Assembly (NCBI GenBank): GCA_020854065.1
Contig: JADZGF010000003.1
Span: 96,913 to 160,912 of the forward strand
DNA: 64,000 nt
Direction: 5' to 3'
Origin: Candidatus Nomurabacteria bacterium
GTDB lineage: Bacteria > Patescibacteriota > Minisyncoccia > Phycocordibacterales > SBAW01
The position numbers and the translations under genes were made by a program. This document shows positions 33,593 through 44,449 of this stretch, piece by piece. The notes beneath the pieces are model-generated. The model was not told the origin of the DNA. It did not search any database and worked only from the letters and a program-made list of their open reading frames with translations. Position 1 is the first letter of the stretch. Every line of letters starts with the position of its first letter.

Positions 33593-35467
33593 ATGGCAAA
33601 AATACTTGGTATAGATTTAGGCACCACAAACTCCGCAATGGCAATCATGCGTGGTGGGGAGCCTCAGATATTGGAAAATGCAGAAGGCGCGCGCACGATG
33701 CCTTCAGTTGCGGCGGTGGGTAAATCAGGTGAGCGCCTGGTTGGCCTTATCGCACGCCGCCAAGCAGTCACCAATCCCAAAAATACGATCTATCAGATCA
33801 AACGCTTCATCGGCCACACGTTTGATGAGCCGGGTGTACAGAAAGATGCTGCAGCAGTGCCGTTTGAAACCCGTAAAGGAGCAACAGGCGGCATTGAGGT
33901 GAAGATGGGGGAGCAATGGATGCGTCCTGAAGAGGTCTCAGCCATGATCTTGGGTAAATTGAAGGCTGATGCAGAAAAACGCTTGGGTGAGACTATTACC
34001 GAAGCGGTCATCACGGTGCCTGCATATTTCAACGACGCCCAGCGTGCAGCAACCCGTGATGCAGGAAAGATCGCAGGACTTGAAGTAAAGCGCATCATTA
34101 ACGAACCGACTGCAGCAGCGCTCGCATACGGATTCAACAAAAAAAAGGATGAAAAGGTAGTCGTCTTTGATTTTGGCGGCGGTACGTTCGATATCTCAGT
34201 CCTTGAGGTAGTCATGGCAGGGGAGCAAGAAGGTTCTATCGAGGTCCGTTCAACTGATGGTGATGCACACTTAGGCGGTAAAGATATTGACCAGAAAATT
34301 ATTGACTGGATTGCAAGTGAGTTCCAGAAAGAGTCCGGTATTGATGTGCGCAAAGATCCCCTTGCACGTCAGCGTCTAGACGAAGCGGCAGAGAAAGCAA
34401 AGATTGAACTCTCAACTGCTTCTGAGACGGAGATAAACATTCCGTTTATCACTTCTGATGCATCGGGTCCACGACACCTTCTTATCAAGATGTCCCGTGC
34501 AAAGCTTGAGGAACTTGCTGCTGAGTTTATCGAACGCGCTATCGCTATCACCAAGCGTGCCATGGAAGCGTCTCCTTTTAAAGTGGGGGATATCAATGAG
34601 GTTATCTTAGTTGGTGGTCAAACTCGTATGCCCGCAATGCAGGCGGCTGTGGAGCAATTCTTTGGCAAGAAGCCAAACATGAGCGTGAACCCCGATGAGG
34701 TAGTGGCTATGGGTGCCGCAATCCAGGGCGGCATCTTGGGTGGCGAGGTACGCGACGTACTCTTGCTCGATGTCATTCCACTCTCTTTGGGTATCGAGAC
34801 TATGGGTGGTGTTGCCACTAAACTCATTGAGCGCAACACGACCATTCCAACCAGCCGTTCACAGATATTCTCCACTGCAGCAGACAATCAGACGTCGGTA
34901 GAGATCCATATTACGCAAGGTGAGCGTGCTATGGCGGCTGATAACAAGTCATTGGGGAAGTTCGTGCTCGATGGTATTCCACCGGCACCACGCGGGCTTC
35001 CACAGGTCGAAGTTACCTTCGATGTTGATGCAAACGGCATTCTCACGGTTAAAGCAAAGGATAAAGCGACGAATAAAGAGCAGTCCATCCGCATCGAAGG
35101 CTCTTCAGGTCTCTCAGAAGCTGACATTGAGCGTATGCGCAAAGACGCTGATGCGAACGCTGCAGCGGATAAACAAAAGATGGAGCTTGTGGAAGCGCGT
35201 AACCTCGCAGAACAAGCGGTGTATGCGGCACGCAAATCACTCACTGATAACAAAGGCAAGATACCGGCTGAGTTGGAGACTGAGATCAATACAAAAATTA
35301 CCGCTGTAGAGGGGAAGAAGACGAGTGAGAATGTTGCTGAAATAAAGGCAGCAACCGAGGATCTCTCGAAAGAACTCTCCAAAGTCTACGAAGCAGTGCA
35401 GAAGAATCAAACTCCTCCACCTCAGGAGCCAGGTTCTCAGTCCGCGCCAAGCGACAATCCAGAGTAA
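33593..35467 (+). CDS. dnaK: molecular chaperone DnaK (Hsp70)
   Basis: [33 protein letters not shown]. Confidence 0.97.
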   Translation: MAKILGIDLGTTNSAMAIMRGGEPQILENAEGARTMPSVAAVGKSGERLVGLIARRQAVTNPKNTIYQIKRFIGHTFDEPGVQKDAAAVPFETRKGATGGIEVKMGEQWMRPEEVSAMILGKLKADAEKRLGETITEAVITVPAYFNDAQRAATRDAGKIAGLEVKRIINEPTAAALAYGFNKKKDEKVVVFDFGGGTFDISVLEVVMAGEQEGSIEVRSTDGDAHLGGKDIDQKIIDWIASEFQKESGIDVRKDPLARQRLDEAAEKAKIELSTASETEINIPFITSDASGPRHLLIKMSRAKLEELAAEFIERAIAITKRAMEASPFKVGDINEVILVGGQTRMPAMQAAVEQFFGKKPNMSVNPDEVVAMGAAIQGGILGGEVRDVLLLDVIPLSLGIETMGGVATKLIERNTTIPTSRSQIFSTAADNQTSVEIHITQGERAMAADNKSLGKFVLDGIPPAPRGLPQVEVTFDVDANGILTVKAKDKATNKEQSIRIEGSSGLSEADIERMRKDADANAAADKQKMELVEARNLAEQAVYAARKSLTDNKGKIPAELETEINTKITAVEGKKTSENVAEIKAATEDLSKELSKVYEAVQKNQTPPPQEPGSQSAPSDNPE

Positions 35468-35485
35468 AAAAGTTAGGATAGAGAA

Positions 35486-37333
35486 ATGCCCACTCACTCG
35501 AACAAAAAAATAGCTCCCGCAGGGAGTGTATTGCGCATGTATTGGGCTGCAGTGATAAGATACCCATATCATCTTATCGCTGCTGTTATTGGTATCCTGA
35601 TCATTCAGGCAGGATATGTATTGTCTCCCATATATCTTAGCCAATTTATTACCCAATTGGCTCAATTGGAGCCCTCTCCTCAAAATGCCGCCATCCTTTT
35701 AACTCCACTCTTTTTATATGCGACATTAGAGTTGCTCGCCTGGATAGGCCATCGAATTGAAATGCTCGCAGGAGTGCGGTTGACTCCAAAAGTCATGGCC
35801 GACCTCACTAACCAGGCATTTAGCCATTTATTACACCATTCGTATCAATTTTTCACTTCATCATTCGCGGGAGCTCTTACGCGCCGCGTGACCCGATACG
35901 CCCATGCATTTGATAAATTATATGACTCAATAGCACATTCACTCGGCCCAGCGCTGCTCTACATAGTCGGTATCATCATCGTCCTTGGGACCCGCAGTGC
36001 ATTGCTGAGCGTTATCCTTTTGGTATGGACGGTACTATTCGTCTTTATCCAATGGTGGCTTATCCGTTGGCAACAACCATTACGGCGCGCTCGTGCCGAA
36101 GAAGATAGCAATGTGACTGCGGCTGTTGCTGATTCAATTTCTAATCAAACAACTATTCAGTTGTTTTCTGGTAATCAGTATGAAAACGGGTTAGTACATA
36201 ATGCTGCGCGTAAATGGCAAAACGCACTCACGCGAGTGTGGATGTCTGAGTGGTGGATCTATGGCACGCTTGGTCTTTTTGCCCTTGCGATAAACGTAGT
36301 ACTTCTATGGGTTGCATTACAGTACTGGCAACAAGGACTTCTTGTGGTGGGTGATTTTGTACTTATCCAAGCATATGTGTTCCGTCTTATGAATCATATT
36401 TGGAGCATTGGACGCGAGTTCCGCAGTATCTACACTTCTATCGCTGATGCGGGAGAAATGGTCGCCTTACTTGAAACCCCGCACGAGGTTACTAATAAAA
36501 AAGGAGCGAAGCCATTGGCCACAAAAAATGGAGAAGTATGGTTTGACGACGTGTCGTTCCGTTTTGGAGATGGGAAAAACGTACTTCATCAATTTAACCT
36601 CCGCATTGCTCCGGGAGAAAAAGTAGCCTTGGTTGGACCCTCGGGCGCAGGCAAATCAACTGTTACAAAGCTTCTTTTACGTTTATACGATGTCGACAAA
36701 GGAAATATCAATATCGATGGACAAAACATTGCAGAAGTAACACAAGATAGCGTGCGGGACGCTATTGCCTTCGTGCCGCAAGAACCAATACTCTTCCACC
36801 GTACCTTGATGGAAAACATCCGTTATGGGCGTCGTGATGCGACAGATGCAGAAGTCATTGAGGCAGCCAAAGCAGCACACTGCCATGAGTTTATCGACGC
36901 ACTGCCGCAAAAATACGAAACGTATGTCGGGGAGCGAGGTATTAAACTCTCTGGGGGTGAGCGTCAACGTGTCGCAATTGCCCGCGCCATACTTAAAGAT
37001 GCCCCTATACTCGTGCTCGATGAAGCAACCTCTTCTTTGGATAGTGAAAGCGAGGCATACATTCAAGATGCACTCGAGACGTTGATGGAGGGTAAGACGG
37101 TGATCACGGTAGCGCACCGACTCTCTACCATTATGAAAATGGATCGTATTGTCGTCATGCAGGGTGGCGCCATTGTCGCTATGGGCACGCACCTAGAACT
37201 AATCCGTGAGCAAGGACTGTATCAAAAACTATGGTCAATCCAGGCAGGAGGTTTTTTGGGTGATGGAGAGAAGCCAAAAGAGATTACGCAGGAGGATACG
37301 GTGCCGCTTGCAGAAGAAGAGGAGGATCAGTAA
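35486..37333 (+). CDS. ABC exporter, fused permease/ATP-binding (MsbA/ABCB-like)
   Basis: 6-TM N-terminal domain. Walker A GPSGAGKST, signature LSGGERQRVAIARA, Walker B ILVLDEATS. Confidence 0.85.
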   Translation: MPTHSNKKIAPAGSVLRMYWAAVIRYPYHLIAAVIGILIIQAGYVLSPIYLSQFITQLAQLEPSPQNAAILLTPLFLYATLELLAWIGHRIEMLAGVRLTPKVMADLTNQAFSHLLHHSYQFFTSSFAGALTRRVTRYAHAFDKLYDSIAHSLGPALLYIVGIIIVLGTRSALLSVILLVWTVLFVFIQWWLIRWQQPLRRARAEEDSNVTAAVADSISNQTTIQLFSGNQYENGLVHNAARKWQNALTRVWMSEWWIYGTLGLFALAINVVLLWVALQYWQQGLLVVGDFVLIQAYVFRLMNHIWSIGREFRSIYTSIADAGEMVALLETPHEVTNKKGAKPLATKNGEVWFDDVSFRFGDGKNVLHQFNLRIAPGEKVALVGPSGAGKSTVTKLLLRLYDVDKGNINIDGQNIAEVTQDSVRDAIAFVPQEPILFHRTLMENIRYGRRDATDAEVIEAAKAAHCHEFIDALPQKYETYVGERGIKLSGGERQRVAIARAILKDAPILVLDEATSSLDSESEAYIQDALETLMEGKTVITVAHRLSTIMKMDRIVVMQGGAIVAMGTHLELIREQGLYQKLWSIQAGGFLGDGEKPKEITQEDTVPLAEEEEDQ

Positions 37334-37347
37334 GATAGGTTAAATCT

Positions 37348-38433
37348 ATGTCTCAAAAACGCGACTATTACGAAGTGCTCGGAATCGCCAAAAGCGCAAC
37401 CAAGGAAGAGATTAAAAAAGCATTCCATAAACTTGCGCACAAGTATCACCCTGATAAAAGTAGTGGGGATAATGACAAGTTTAAGGAAGTCTCTGAAGCA
37501 TATTCGGTATTAGGAGATGATAAAAAGCGTGCCGAATATGACAGCTACGGCCGCGTCTTTGGTGGAGGAGGGGGAGCAGGAGGATTTGGCGGTGGAAGCG
37601 CCGCAGGATTTGATTTTAGCCAGTTCCAGGAAGCCTTCCAGCAGGGAGGTTTTGATATGGGCGATATCTTTAGTGAGTTTTTTGCCTCTCAGGCAGGGGT
37701 AGGGCGTACTCGTCGTGGCCGTGACATCTCTATCGACCTCGAAATTAGCTTTAAAGAATCGGTATTTGGTACAAAACGCACGGTGTTGCTTGCAAAGACT
37801 GCAGTATGTGAAGCATGCCAAGGATCTGGTGCCACGATGGGAACTGACATGATCACCTGCGATCATTGCAACGGCACAGGCAAAGTGCACGAGTCGCAAA
37901 ACTCCTTCTTTGGCACCATCACTATGGTACAGCCTTGCCGCAAATGCCGCGGATCAGGAAAAATTCCAAAAGAGAAGTGCGTAACCTGCCGTGGTGAAGG
38001 AGTGTATAAAAAACAAGAAGAAATTGAAATTGCAGTCCCTGCGGGTATTGATGGAGGTGAGATGATGCGCCTCCAAGGTCAAGGGGAAGCGGTCTCAGGA
38101 GGAGTCTCGGGAGATTTGTATGTAAAGATCCATGTACAACCTGATAGCCGGTTTAAGAAAGATGGACCGAACTTGGTGACCGAGCTTTCAATCAAACTCT
38201 CTGACGCGCTCCTAGGTACCAGCTATAAAATTGTCACGCTTGAAGGGGATGAGACCCTTGAAATCCCTGCCGGGGTTACGCATGGCGAAATGCTCAAGGT
38301 AAAAGGCAAAGGCGTGCCGGTTGCTCGCGGCAAGCGTGGCGATTTGTTTGTAAAAGTACGGATTCAACTCCCGCAGAAACTGTCCCGCTCCGCTCGCACA
38401 TTGATTGAGAAACTCAAAGAAGAAGGGATCTAA
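37348..38433 (+). CDS. dnaJ: molecular chaperone DnaJ
   Basis: J-domain with HPD (KYHPDK), G/F-rich region, four CxxCxGxG zinc-finger repeats. Confidence 0.95.
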   Translation: MSQKRDYYEVLGIAKSATKEEIKKAFHKLAHKYHPDKSSGDNDKFKEVSEAYSVLGDDKKRAEYDSYGRVFGGGGGAGGFGGGSAAGFDFSQFQEAFQQGGFDMGDIFSEFFASQAGVGRTRRGRDISIDLEISFKESVFGTKRTVLLAKTAVCEACQGSGATMGTDMITCDHCNGTGKVHESQNSFFGTITMVQPCRKCRGSGKIPKEKCVTCRGEGVYKKQEEIEIAVPAGIDGGEMMRLQGQGEAVSGGVSGDLYVKIHVQPDSRFKKDGPNLVTELSIKLSDALLGTSYKIVTLEGDETLEIPAGVTHGEMLKVKGKGVPVARGKRGDLFVKVRIQLPQKLSRSARTLIEKLKEEGI

Positions 38434-38567
38434 ACAGTTCACTAAAGACGCTTGCACCGCAATCGTGTAGGTGTACACTAAGAGTAATGCCTTCCTTTAT
38501 CGACATAATCTTACGGTGGCTCGGATATCAAGAGCCAGTACCCGTAGAGATCGCTGCCGAGGAGTAG

Positions 38568-38597
38568 AAAACCGCCTACAGAAGGGCGGTTTTTCTG
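38568..38597 (+). terminator. rho-independent terminator 12-15 nt upstream of the trpS start (dnaK-operon terminator and/or attenuator)
   Basis: AAAACCGCCTACAGAAGGGCGGTTTTTCTGTT. Confidence 0.6.
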
Positions 38598-38612
38598 TTA
38601 TGATAGGCGCTA

Positions 38613-39542
38613 ATGAAGCGATTATTTACAGGACTCCAGTCTTCTGGGCAACTCCATATTGGTAACTACTTTGGTGCACTAAAGCCTTTTGCGGATATGT
38701 ACGCAGGGTATGAGAGCTTTTTAATGGTCGCTGACTATCATTCCCTTACCTCCCTGAAAGATGCCGCGCAGGTTCGCACCAACACGATTGAAGTCGTGAA
38801 GGCATACATTGCAGCGGGCGTAGATCCTGCCAAAGCAATAATCTTTAAACAATCTGATGTTCCCGCACACACCGAACTTGCGTGGGTACTTGAATGCCAG
38901 GTAACAGTGCCGTTTTTGATGCAGGCACATGCGTATAAAGACAAAGTAGCGAAAGGACTTGAAGCAAATGCAGGACTCTTCAACTATCCGATGCTCATGG
39001 CCGCAGATATTCTCCTCTATGACGCCGATGTCGTCCCTGTGGGTGCAGATCAGCGCCAACATGTGGAGTATGCACGCGAAGCAGCAGCAAAGTTTAATCT
39101 TGCATACGGTGAGACCTTAAAGGAACCTCAAGAATTAATTGCTGAAGAAGTTGCAGTAGTGCCAGGTACCGATGGGCAGAAGATGAGTAAGAGCTACAAA
39201 AATACGATTCCACTTTTTGCGACTCCCGAAGAAACTACCGCTGCTGTTATGAGTATCGTTACCGACTCTTCAGGCGAGCGACCAGAAAATGTATACCAGA
39301 TCCACAAACTATTTCGCCAAGACATTGATGGACTCTACGCAGAGAATAAAGGTAAATACAAAGTATTGAAGGAAGCGTTGGCTGCAGATATCAATACCTA
39401 TCTTGCGCCGATGCGTGAAAAGTTTAATTCGCTCACTGACCAAGATGTACAGAAAATCCTATCTGATGGTGCAGCAAAGGCAGCTCCTATTGCTTCAGCA
39501 AAACTGGTAGGGGTTCGCCAAAAGGTTGGAGTTACGCTATAA
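38613..39542 (+). CDS. trpS: tryptophan--tRNA ligase
   Basis: TGLQSSGQLHIGNYFGAL (HIGH-type) and KMSKSYKNTI (KMSKS). Class Ic size (309 aa). Confidence 0.85.
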   Translation: MKRLFTGLQSSGQLHIGNYFGALKPFADMYAGYESFLMVADYHSLTSLKDAAQVRTNTIEVVKAYIAAGVDPAKAIIFKQSDVPAHTELAWVLECQVTVPFLMQAHAYKDKVAKGLEANAGLFNYPMLMAADILLYDADVVPVGADQRQHVEYAREAAAKFNLAYGETLKEPQELIAEEVAVVPGTDGQKMSKSYKNTIPLFATPEETTAAVMSIVTDSSGERPENVYQIHKLFRQDIDGLYAENKGKYKVLKEALAADINTYLAPMREKFNSLTDQDVQKILSDGAAKAAPIASAKLVGVRQKVGVTL

Positions 39543-39552
39543 CTGAGACGCT

Positions 39553-40875
39553 ATGCAACGCACACTCATTGGAGATTTAGGGCAACAGATTGGGCAGGAA
39601 GTAACCATTAAAGGATGGGTATCTGTCCGTCGTGACCAGGGCAAGATGGTCTTTTTCGACTTTCGTGACCGCACCGGAACCGTACAAGGTGTAGCCCTTC
39701 CAGCTTCCCCGGCAATCGAGGTGGCGAAAGAAACCCGCAACGAATATGTAGTTGCCGTCACGGGCAAAGTGAACGAGCGTCCAGAAAAGAATAAAAACGC
39801 TAAGGTTCAAAACGGCGACATCGAGCTTGAGATCACTGGCATTGATATTTTGAGCAAAGCAGAAGCGTTGCCATTTGATATGTCGGCCGATGGATACAAC
39901 CTCGAGCTTCCCACTGAACTTGATCACCGCGCATTAACACTGCGTCATCCCCGCGTGCAGGCAATCTTTAAAGTGCAGGCAACTATCATCGACTCCTTCC
40001 GTGAGTTTATGAAGCAAGAGGGCTTCTTTGAATTCCAAGCACCGGCAATTGTGCCTGCAACTGCAGAAGGTGGGGCAGAGGTGTTTGAGGTAAAGTACTT
40101 TGATAAAAAAGCGTTCCTCTCTCAATCACCTCAACTCTACAAGCAAATTGTCATGACCGCGTTTGAGCGTGTCTTTAGCGTCAACAAAGTATTCCGTGCA
40201 GAGCCATCCGTAACGACTCGTCACTTAACAGAAGTTGTTTCGCTCGATGCCGAAATGGCTTTCATCGACTCTTGGCGCGATGTACGTGATATGTCAGAAG
40301 CCTGCGTGCGCTACATCTTAGAACAAGTAGCAGAGAAGAATGCAAAAGAGTTGGAACTCCTTGGCGCAACGATGCCAAGCATGATCGCTGAGACACCAAC
40401 ACTTTCGTTAACCGAAGCGCTTGAGAAGTTGGGCGCACCAGCGGATAAAGATCTCAATCCAGAACAAGAGCGTCGTCTGTGCGAAATGATCAAAGAGGAG
40501 ACAGGCAGCGACTTTGTATATGTCTATGGCTATCCAACCAAGCAAAAGCCGTTCTATGTCTATCCAAATCCAGAAAACCCAGAATTTAACGAAGGCATGG
40601 ATCTTTTATGCCGCGGCGTTGAATGGCTCTCGGGCGGTCGTCGCATTAATGACTACACACAACTCATGGAGCATGTGGAGCAGTGGGGAATGGATCCAAA
40701 GAAGATCGAAATGTTCCTCGAAGCATTCCGCTATGGCGCACCACCTGAAGGAGGGTTTGCTTTTGGTGCAGAGCGTATGACTATGCAGATACTTGGTCTT
40801 AAAAACATTCGCGAAGCAACTATGTTTGTGCGGGATATGAACCGGATCGATCAGTCTTTGTCCGAAGAAATCTAA
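39553..40875 (+). CDS. aspS: aspartate--tRNA ligase, archaeal/eukaryal-type (class IIb; possibly non-discriminating)
   Basis: FLSQSPQLYKQ, FRAEPSVTTRHLTEVVSLDAEMAF and GGRR motifs match archaeal-type AspRS better than AsnRS. 440 aa. Confidence 0.75.
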   Translation: MQRTLIGDLGQQIGQEVTIKGWVSVRRDQGKMVFFDFRDRTGTVQGVALPASPAIEVAKETRNEYVVAVTGKVNERPEKNKNAKVQNGDIELEITGIDILSKAEALPFDMSADGYNLELPTELDHRALTLRHPRVQAIFKVQATIIDSFREFMKQEGFFEFQAPAIVPATAEGGAEVFEVKYFDKKAFLSQSPQLYKQIVMTAFERVFSVNKVFRAEPSVTTRHLTEVVSLDAEMAFIDSWRDVRDMSEACVRYILEQVAEKNAKELELLGATMPSMIAETPTLSLTEALEKLGAPADKDLNPEQERRLCEMIKEETGSDFVYVYGYPTKQKPFYVYPNPENPEFNEGMDLLCRGVEWLSGGRRINDYTQLMEHVEQWGMDPKKIEMFLEAFRYGAPPEGGFAFGAERMTMQILGLKNIREATMFVRDMNRIDQSLSEEI

Positions 40876-40948
40876 TTACTCAACGATCTTCTGAGTATTT
40901 GTCAACCCGTTGAAAAAACAGGGATTTTTGGTATGGTAGCAGCCTCAT

Positions 40949-42325
40949 ATGGCTATCAACTACACGACCGAGACAGCCGAAAAAAGCATTAAAACAAGCC
41001 TTATAGAAGGCTCGCTGAGCCGTTTTACTGGCACCGAGCTCCTTGTGGGCATGGGCTCCAAAAAGACGCTCACACGCCGCCAGGTAACGCTTCTGGCACG
41101 TAAGGTGGTAGCCCTTGCCCGCCAAAACCAGATCAAAGACCTTGCGCTCGCATGGAAGGAATTCCGCAAAGTCACAGAGAAAAAAGTAAGTGATGCAGAT
41201 CTTGCCGAACTTCTCGCAACTGCATTCGAGATGGCCAACTACGAGCACACGACCTATAAAACTGCTGCACGCGAGTACAACGGTGTTGAGTCAGTCGCCA
41301 TTGACGTCACCCCAGTCATTTTTAAATCAATTGAACGTGGCGTCATTATCGGCGAGACCGTTAATCAATGCCGTGAGCTTTCAAACACACCAGGGAGCGA
41401 CATGACGCCTGAGATTTTGGCAGAAGCAGCAGTGAAAGCAGCACAAGAGACAAGTGTAAAAGTAAAAGTGCTTGGCCGTGCCGAAATGGAGCGCATGGGC
41501 ATGGGCGCAGTACTTGGCGTGGGGAAAGGCAGCGCCGAAGAGCCACAGTTTATCGTCATGGAATACTGGGGCACTGATCGCAATAAAAAGCCGATCGTAT
41601 TGGTAGGGAAGGGTGTCACGTTTGATACCGGCGGTATCCAAGTAAAACCAGGTGATCACATGTACGAAATGCACATGGATATGTCGGGCGGTGCTGCCGT
41701 TATCTTTGCCACCATCCTTGCGGCAAAACTTGGGGTGAAAAAGAATGTCATCGCACTCATTCCTGCAGTTGAAAACAATCTCTCCAACGGTATGCGCCCC
41801 GGAGATATTCTTAAATCTCTTTCAGGAAAAACCATTGAGATACTCCACACCGATGCAGAAGGTCGTGTCATTCTTGCAGACGCGCTGACATACGCAAAAC
41901 GCTACAACCCACAGACCGTAGTTGATGTTGCAACCTTAACCGGCGCTTCCCTCACCACACTTGGGCAGGTCGCCTCCGCGTTTATGACCAACAAGGATAG
42001 TTCCGTCCCTGAGATTATGGATATGGCTGAAGTATCCGGTGACTATATGTGGCCACTGCCACTCTGGGAGGAGTACGACGATATGGTGAAGGGTAAATTT
42101 GGTGATGTGCCTAACATCTCAACTATGGGTAACAGCCGCTATGGCGGTGTTATCGCCGGCGGTAAATTCCTTGAAGTGTTTGCGAAAGAACTTGAGTGCC
42201 CATGGATTCATATCGATATGGCGCCTCGTATGACTTCATATCCAGGCGAACATTTGGCGAAAGGTGCCGCGGGTGCACCAGTGCGCTTTTTGCTTAAACT
42301 TATTGAGCAAAACAAGGTAAAATAG
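40949..42325 (+). CDS. pepA: leucyl aminopeptidase (M17)
   Basis: HTDAEGRVILADAL and NTDAEGRL-type motifs; VGKGVTFDTGG. Confidence 0.85.
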   Translation: MAINYTTETAEKSIKTSLIEGSLSRFTGTELLVGMGSKKTLTRRQVTLLARKVVALARQNQIKDLALAWKEFRKVTEKKVSDADLAELLATAFEMANYEHTTYKTAAREYNGVESVAIDVTPVIFKSIERGVIIGETVNQCRELSNTPGSDMTPEILAEAAVKAAQETSVKVKVLGRAEMERMGMGAVLGVGKGSAEEPQFIVMEYWGTDRNKKPIVLVGKGVTFDTGGIQVKPGDHMYEMHMDMSGGAAVIFATILAAKLGVKKNVIALIPAVENNLSNGMRPGDILKSLSGKTIEILHTDAEGRVILADALTYAKRYNPQTVVDVATLTGASLTTLGQVASAFMTNKDSSVPEIMDMAEVSGDYMWPLPLWEEYDDMVKGKFGDVPNISTMGNSRYGGVIAGGKFLEVFAKELECPWIHIDMAPRMTSYPGEHLAKGAAGAPVRFLLKLIEQNKVK

Positions 42326-42328
42326 GGC

Positions 42329-43042
42329 ATGCCTATTGCGGTAAAGACGGCTGCCTATGAAGGGCCGCTTGATGTGCTTCTTGAACTTATCGAGAAGCGT
42401 AAACTCCTCATCAACGACATCTCACTCTCTCAAGTCGCTGATGACTTCATCGCATACGTTGAAACACACCCAGAATTGCCGGTAGAGGAGACTGCTGAAT
42501 TTATTTCACTCGCCTCAACGCTTCTGTTGATTAAATCCCGTTCACTTCTTCCTGCGCTCGACTTAACCCCCGAAGAATCACGCGACATCAAGCAGCTTGA
42601 ATACCGCCTGGCGGTATACCAGCTCATGAAAGCGGCCTCCAAAGGGCTGGAGCGGCTTAATAATCCATACCTCCCTGAAGGAGCCGAGCCTACCGAAGAA
42701 CCCCTTTTTATCCCTGACGCATCTATAACCATCGCAAACCTCCGATCTGCTGCACAAACGCTCATTGAAGGGTTCCCATCGGTGCGCACACTTCCAAAAG
42801 TTGAGGTACGGAAGATCCGTTCGCTTGAAGAGACCATTCAAGACCTCGCAACCCGTATCGGAACCGCTTTCCGCATGAATTTTAAAGACTTCACCAAAGG
42901 TGAACGCCACACCGTTATTGTGAGCTTCCTCGCGCTCTTAGAGCTTGTAAAACAAGGTATAATTAAGGCAACGCAGGATGAGGGCGGCGATATCGTCATG
43001 GAGGCGGACGCGGTCGGCACCCCTACGTATGGCAATGAGTAA
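42329..43042 (+). CDS. scpA: segregation and condensation protein A
   Basis: YEGPLDVLLELIEKRKLLINDISLSQVADDF. Confidence 0.8.
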   Translation: MPIAVKTAAYEGPLDVLLELIEKRKLLINDISLSQVADDFIAYVETHPELPVEETAEFISLASTLLLIKSRSLLPALDLTPEESRDIKQLEYRLAVYQLMKAASKGLERLNNPYLPEGAEPTEEPLFIPDASITIANLRSAAQTLIEGFPSVRTLPKVEVRKIRSLEETIQDLATRIGTAFRMNFKDFTKGERHTVIVSFLALLELVKQGIIKATQDEGGDIVMEADAVGTPTYGNE

Positions 43043-43580
43043 TCTGGCAGGGCAACTACACGCACTTCTCTTTGCACTCGGGCGACCGCTTGGTCGTAGC
43101 GAGCTTGCCACCTTACTTGCTGCACCTGCCTCTGATATTGAAGATGCAATCGTTGAATTGAGTGGTATTGAGGGCGGGGTAGTGGTCGTTGATGATGGGA
43201 AAGAAATAGCGCTTCGTGTTGCTCCGGCATCCTCTGCGTTGATCGAACGCATCCGCAAGGAAGAATACAGTCGTGATATTGGTCGTGCAGGACTTGAAGT
43301 ACTTGCTGCAGTCCTATACCGAGGACCACTTACGCGTGCAGAAATTGACTTCATTCGTGGCGTAAATTCTTCCCAGATCCTCCGCACACTTACACTCCGC
43401 GGACTATTGCGGCGCATTCCAAACCCAAAGGATGAACGCTCATTCTTGTATGAGCCAACGACGGAAATCTTGGCTGAGCTTGGGGTAGCGAGCGCAAAGT
43501 CACTTCCTGAATACGATGAGGTGCGCAATAAATTGACCGAGCTTGAAGCACAGTATCGTGCACGAGAACAACAGGCATGA
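43035..43580 (+). CDS. scpB: segregation and condensation protein B
   Basis: LHALLFALGRPL...GVNSSQILRTLTLRGLL winged helices. Trimmed to the ATG overlapping the scpA stop (ATGAGTAA). Confidence 0.8.
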   Translation: MSNLAGQLHALLFALGRPLGRSELATLLAAPASDIEDAIVELSGIEGGVVVVDDGKEIALRVAPASSALIERIRKEEYSRDIGRAGLEVLAAVLYRGPLTRAEIDFIRGVNSSQILRTLTLRGLLRRIPNPKDERSFLYEPTTEILAELGVASAKSLPEYDEVRNKLTELEAQYRAREQQA

Positions 43581-44449
43581 GTACTTTTTTAAAAACATTC
43601 TTTGTAGGAGCACTCTCAATTGGCCTTATTGGTGGTGCATTCGCGACCGGCACTCTTGCGGTTGTACTTTTACCTTCTCGACCTGCAATACCAGAAAATA
43701 CCGCTATGGTGCGAAATGTTTCGGTGCTTGCGAAGACTGCCATCCTCTACGATGTAAATTCTAGTACCGTTCTCTATCAGAAAAATGCGAATCGTGAGAT
43801 GCCGCTTGCATCGCTCACAAAACTCATGGGCGCCTATTCAGTTCTTGCATCACGCGATGGCAGCACGGTAGTTGAAATTACTCCGGATAGTATTGCAACC
43901 GAAGGAGATACGGGGCTTCGTGCTGGTGAAGCGTATGAGTTAACTGACTTAGTGCGCTTAGCGCTCGTTGCATCCTCAAATGACGCAGCAGCAGCGGTCG
44001 CCACATCGCTCGGCGATGATTATCTTTTGGCCATGAATAGTGCTGCACAGCATTTAGGACTCACCAAAACACGTTTTCTCAATCCAACAGGCCTTGATCT
44101 AGGTCCTGAGACCGCTGGTGGATACGGTTCAGCGTATGATGTTGCGCGATTGGCTGCCGCGTTCTTTAAAGCGCATCCTGCACTGTTTGAGGAGACTGTG
44201 CATGCTGATGTCTCAGTCTCAAACGCAGGAGGAGATTTAGTTGCAGCAGCTACTGCGGCACCATTACGTGATATTCCGGGCCTTATCGGCGGCAAAACAG
44301 GCTTTACGGACCTTGCAGGAGGCAACCTGGTGGTGGCATTTGATCTTGAGGTAGGGCGTCCGGTTATCGCAGTTGTCTTAGGATCAACCCGCGAAGGCCG
44401 CTTTAGCGACATTCGTGCCCTTATATCAGCCGCACGCGCACAACTATGA
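43577..44449 (+). CDS. D-alanyl-D-alanine carboxypeptidase (S11, low-molecular-weight PBP)
   Basis: ASLTKLM (SxxK), SSND (SxN), GKTGFT (KTG). Confidence 0.75.
   Translation: MSTFLKTFFVGALSIGLIGGAFATGTLAVVLLPSRPAIPENTAMVRNVSVLAKTAILYDVNSSTVLYQKNANREMPLASLTKLMGAYSVLASRDGSTVVEITPDSIATEGDTGLRAGEAYELTDLVRLALVASSNDAAAAVATSLGDDYLLAMNSAAQHLGLTKTRFLNPTGLDLGPETAGGYGSAYDVARLAAAFFKAHPALFEETVHADVSVSNAGGDLVAAATAAPLRDIPGLIGGKTGFTDLAGGNLVVAFDLEVGRPVIAVVLGSTREGRFSDIRALISAARAQL

Noticed and set aside
33793-35382. Long antisense ORFs within dnaK (33793..34353, 34888..35382, 35237..35683)
   Set aside because: Shadow ORFs opposite a highly conserved gene.
38434-38612. T-box riboswitch upstream of trpS
   Set aside because: The leader is only about 180 nt, with no recognisable T-box consensus (AATTAGGGTGGTACCGCG) or UGG specifier context. 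Kept only as a terminator and possible attenuator.
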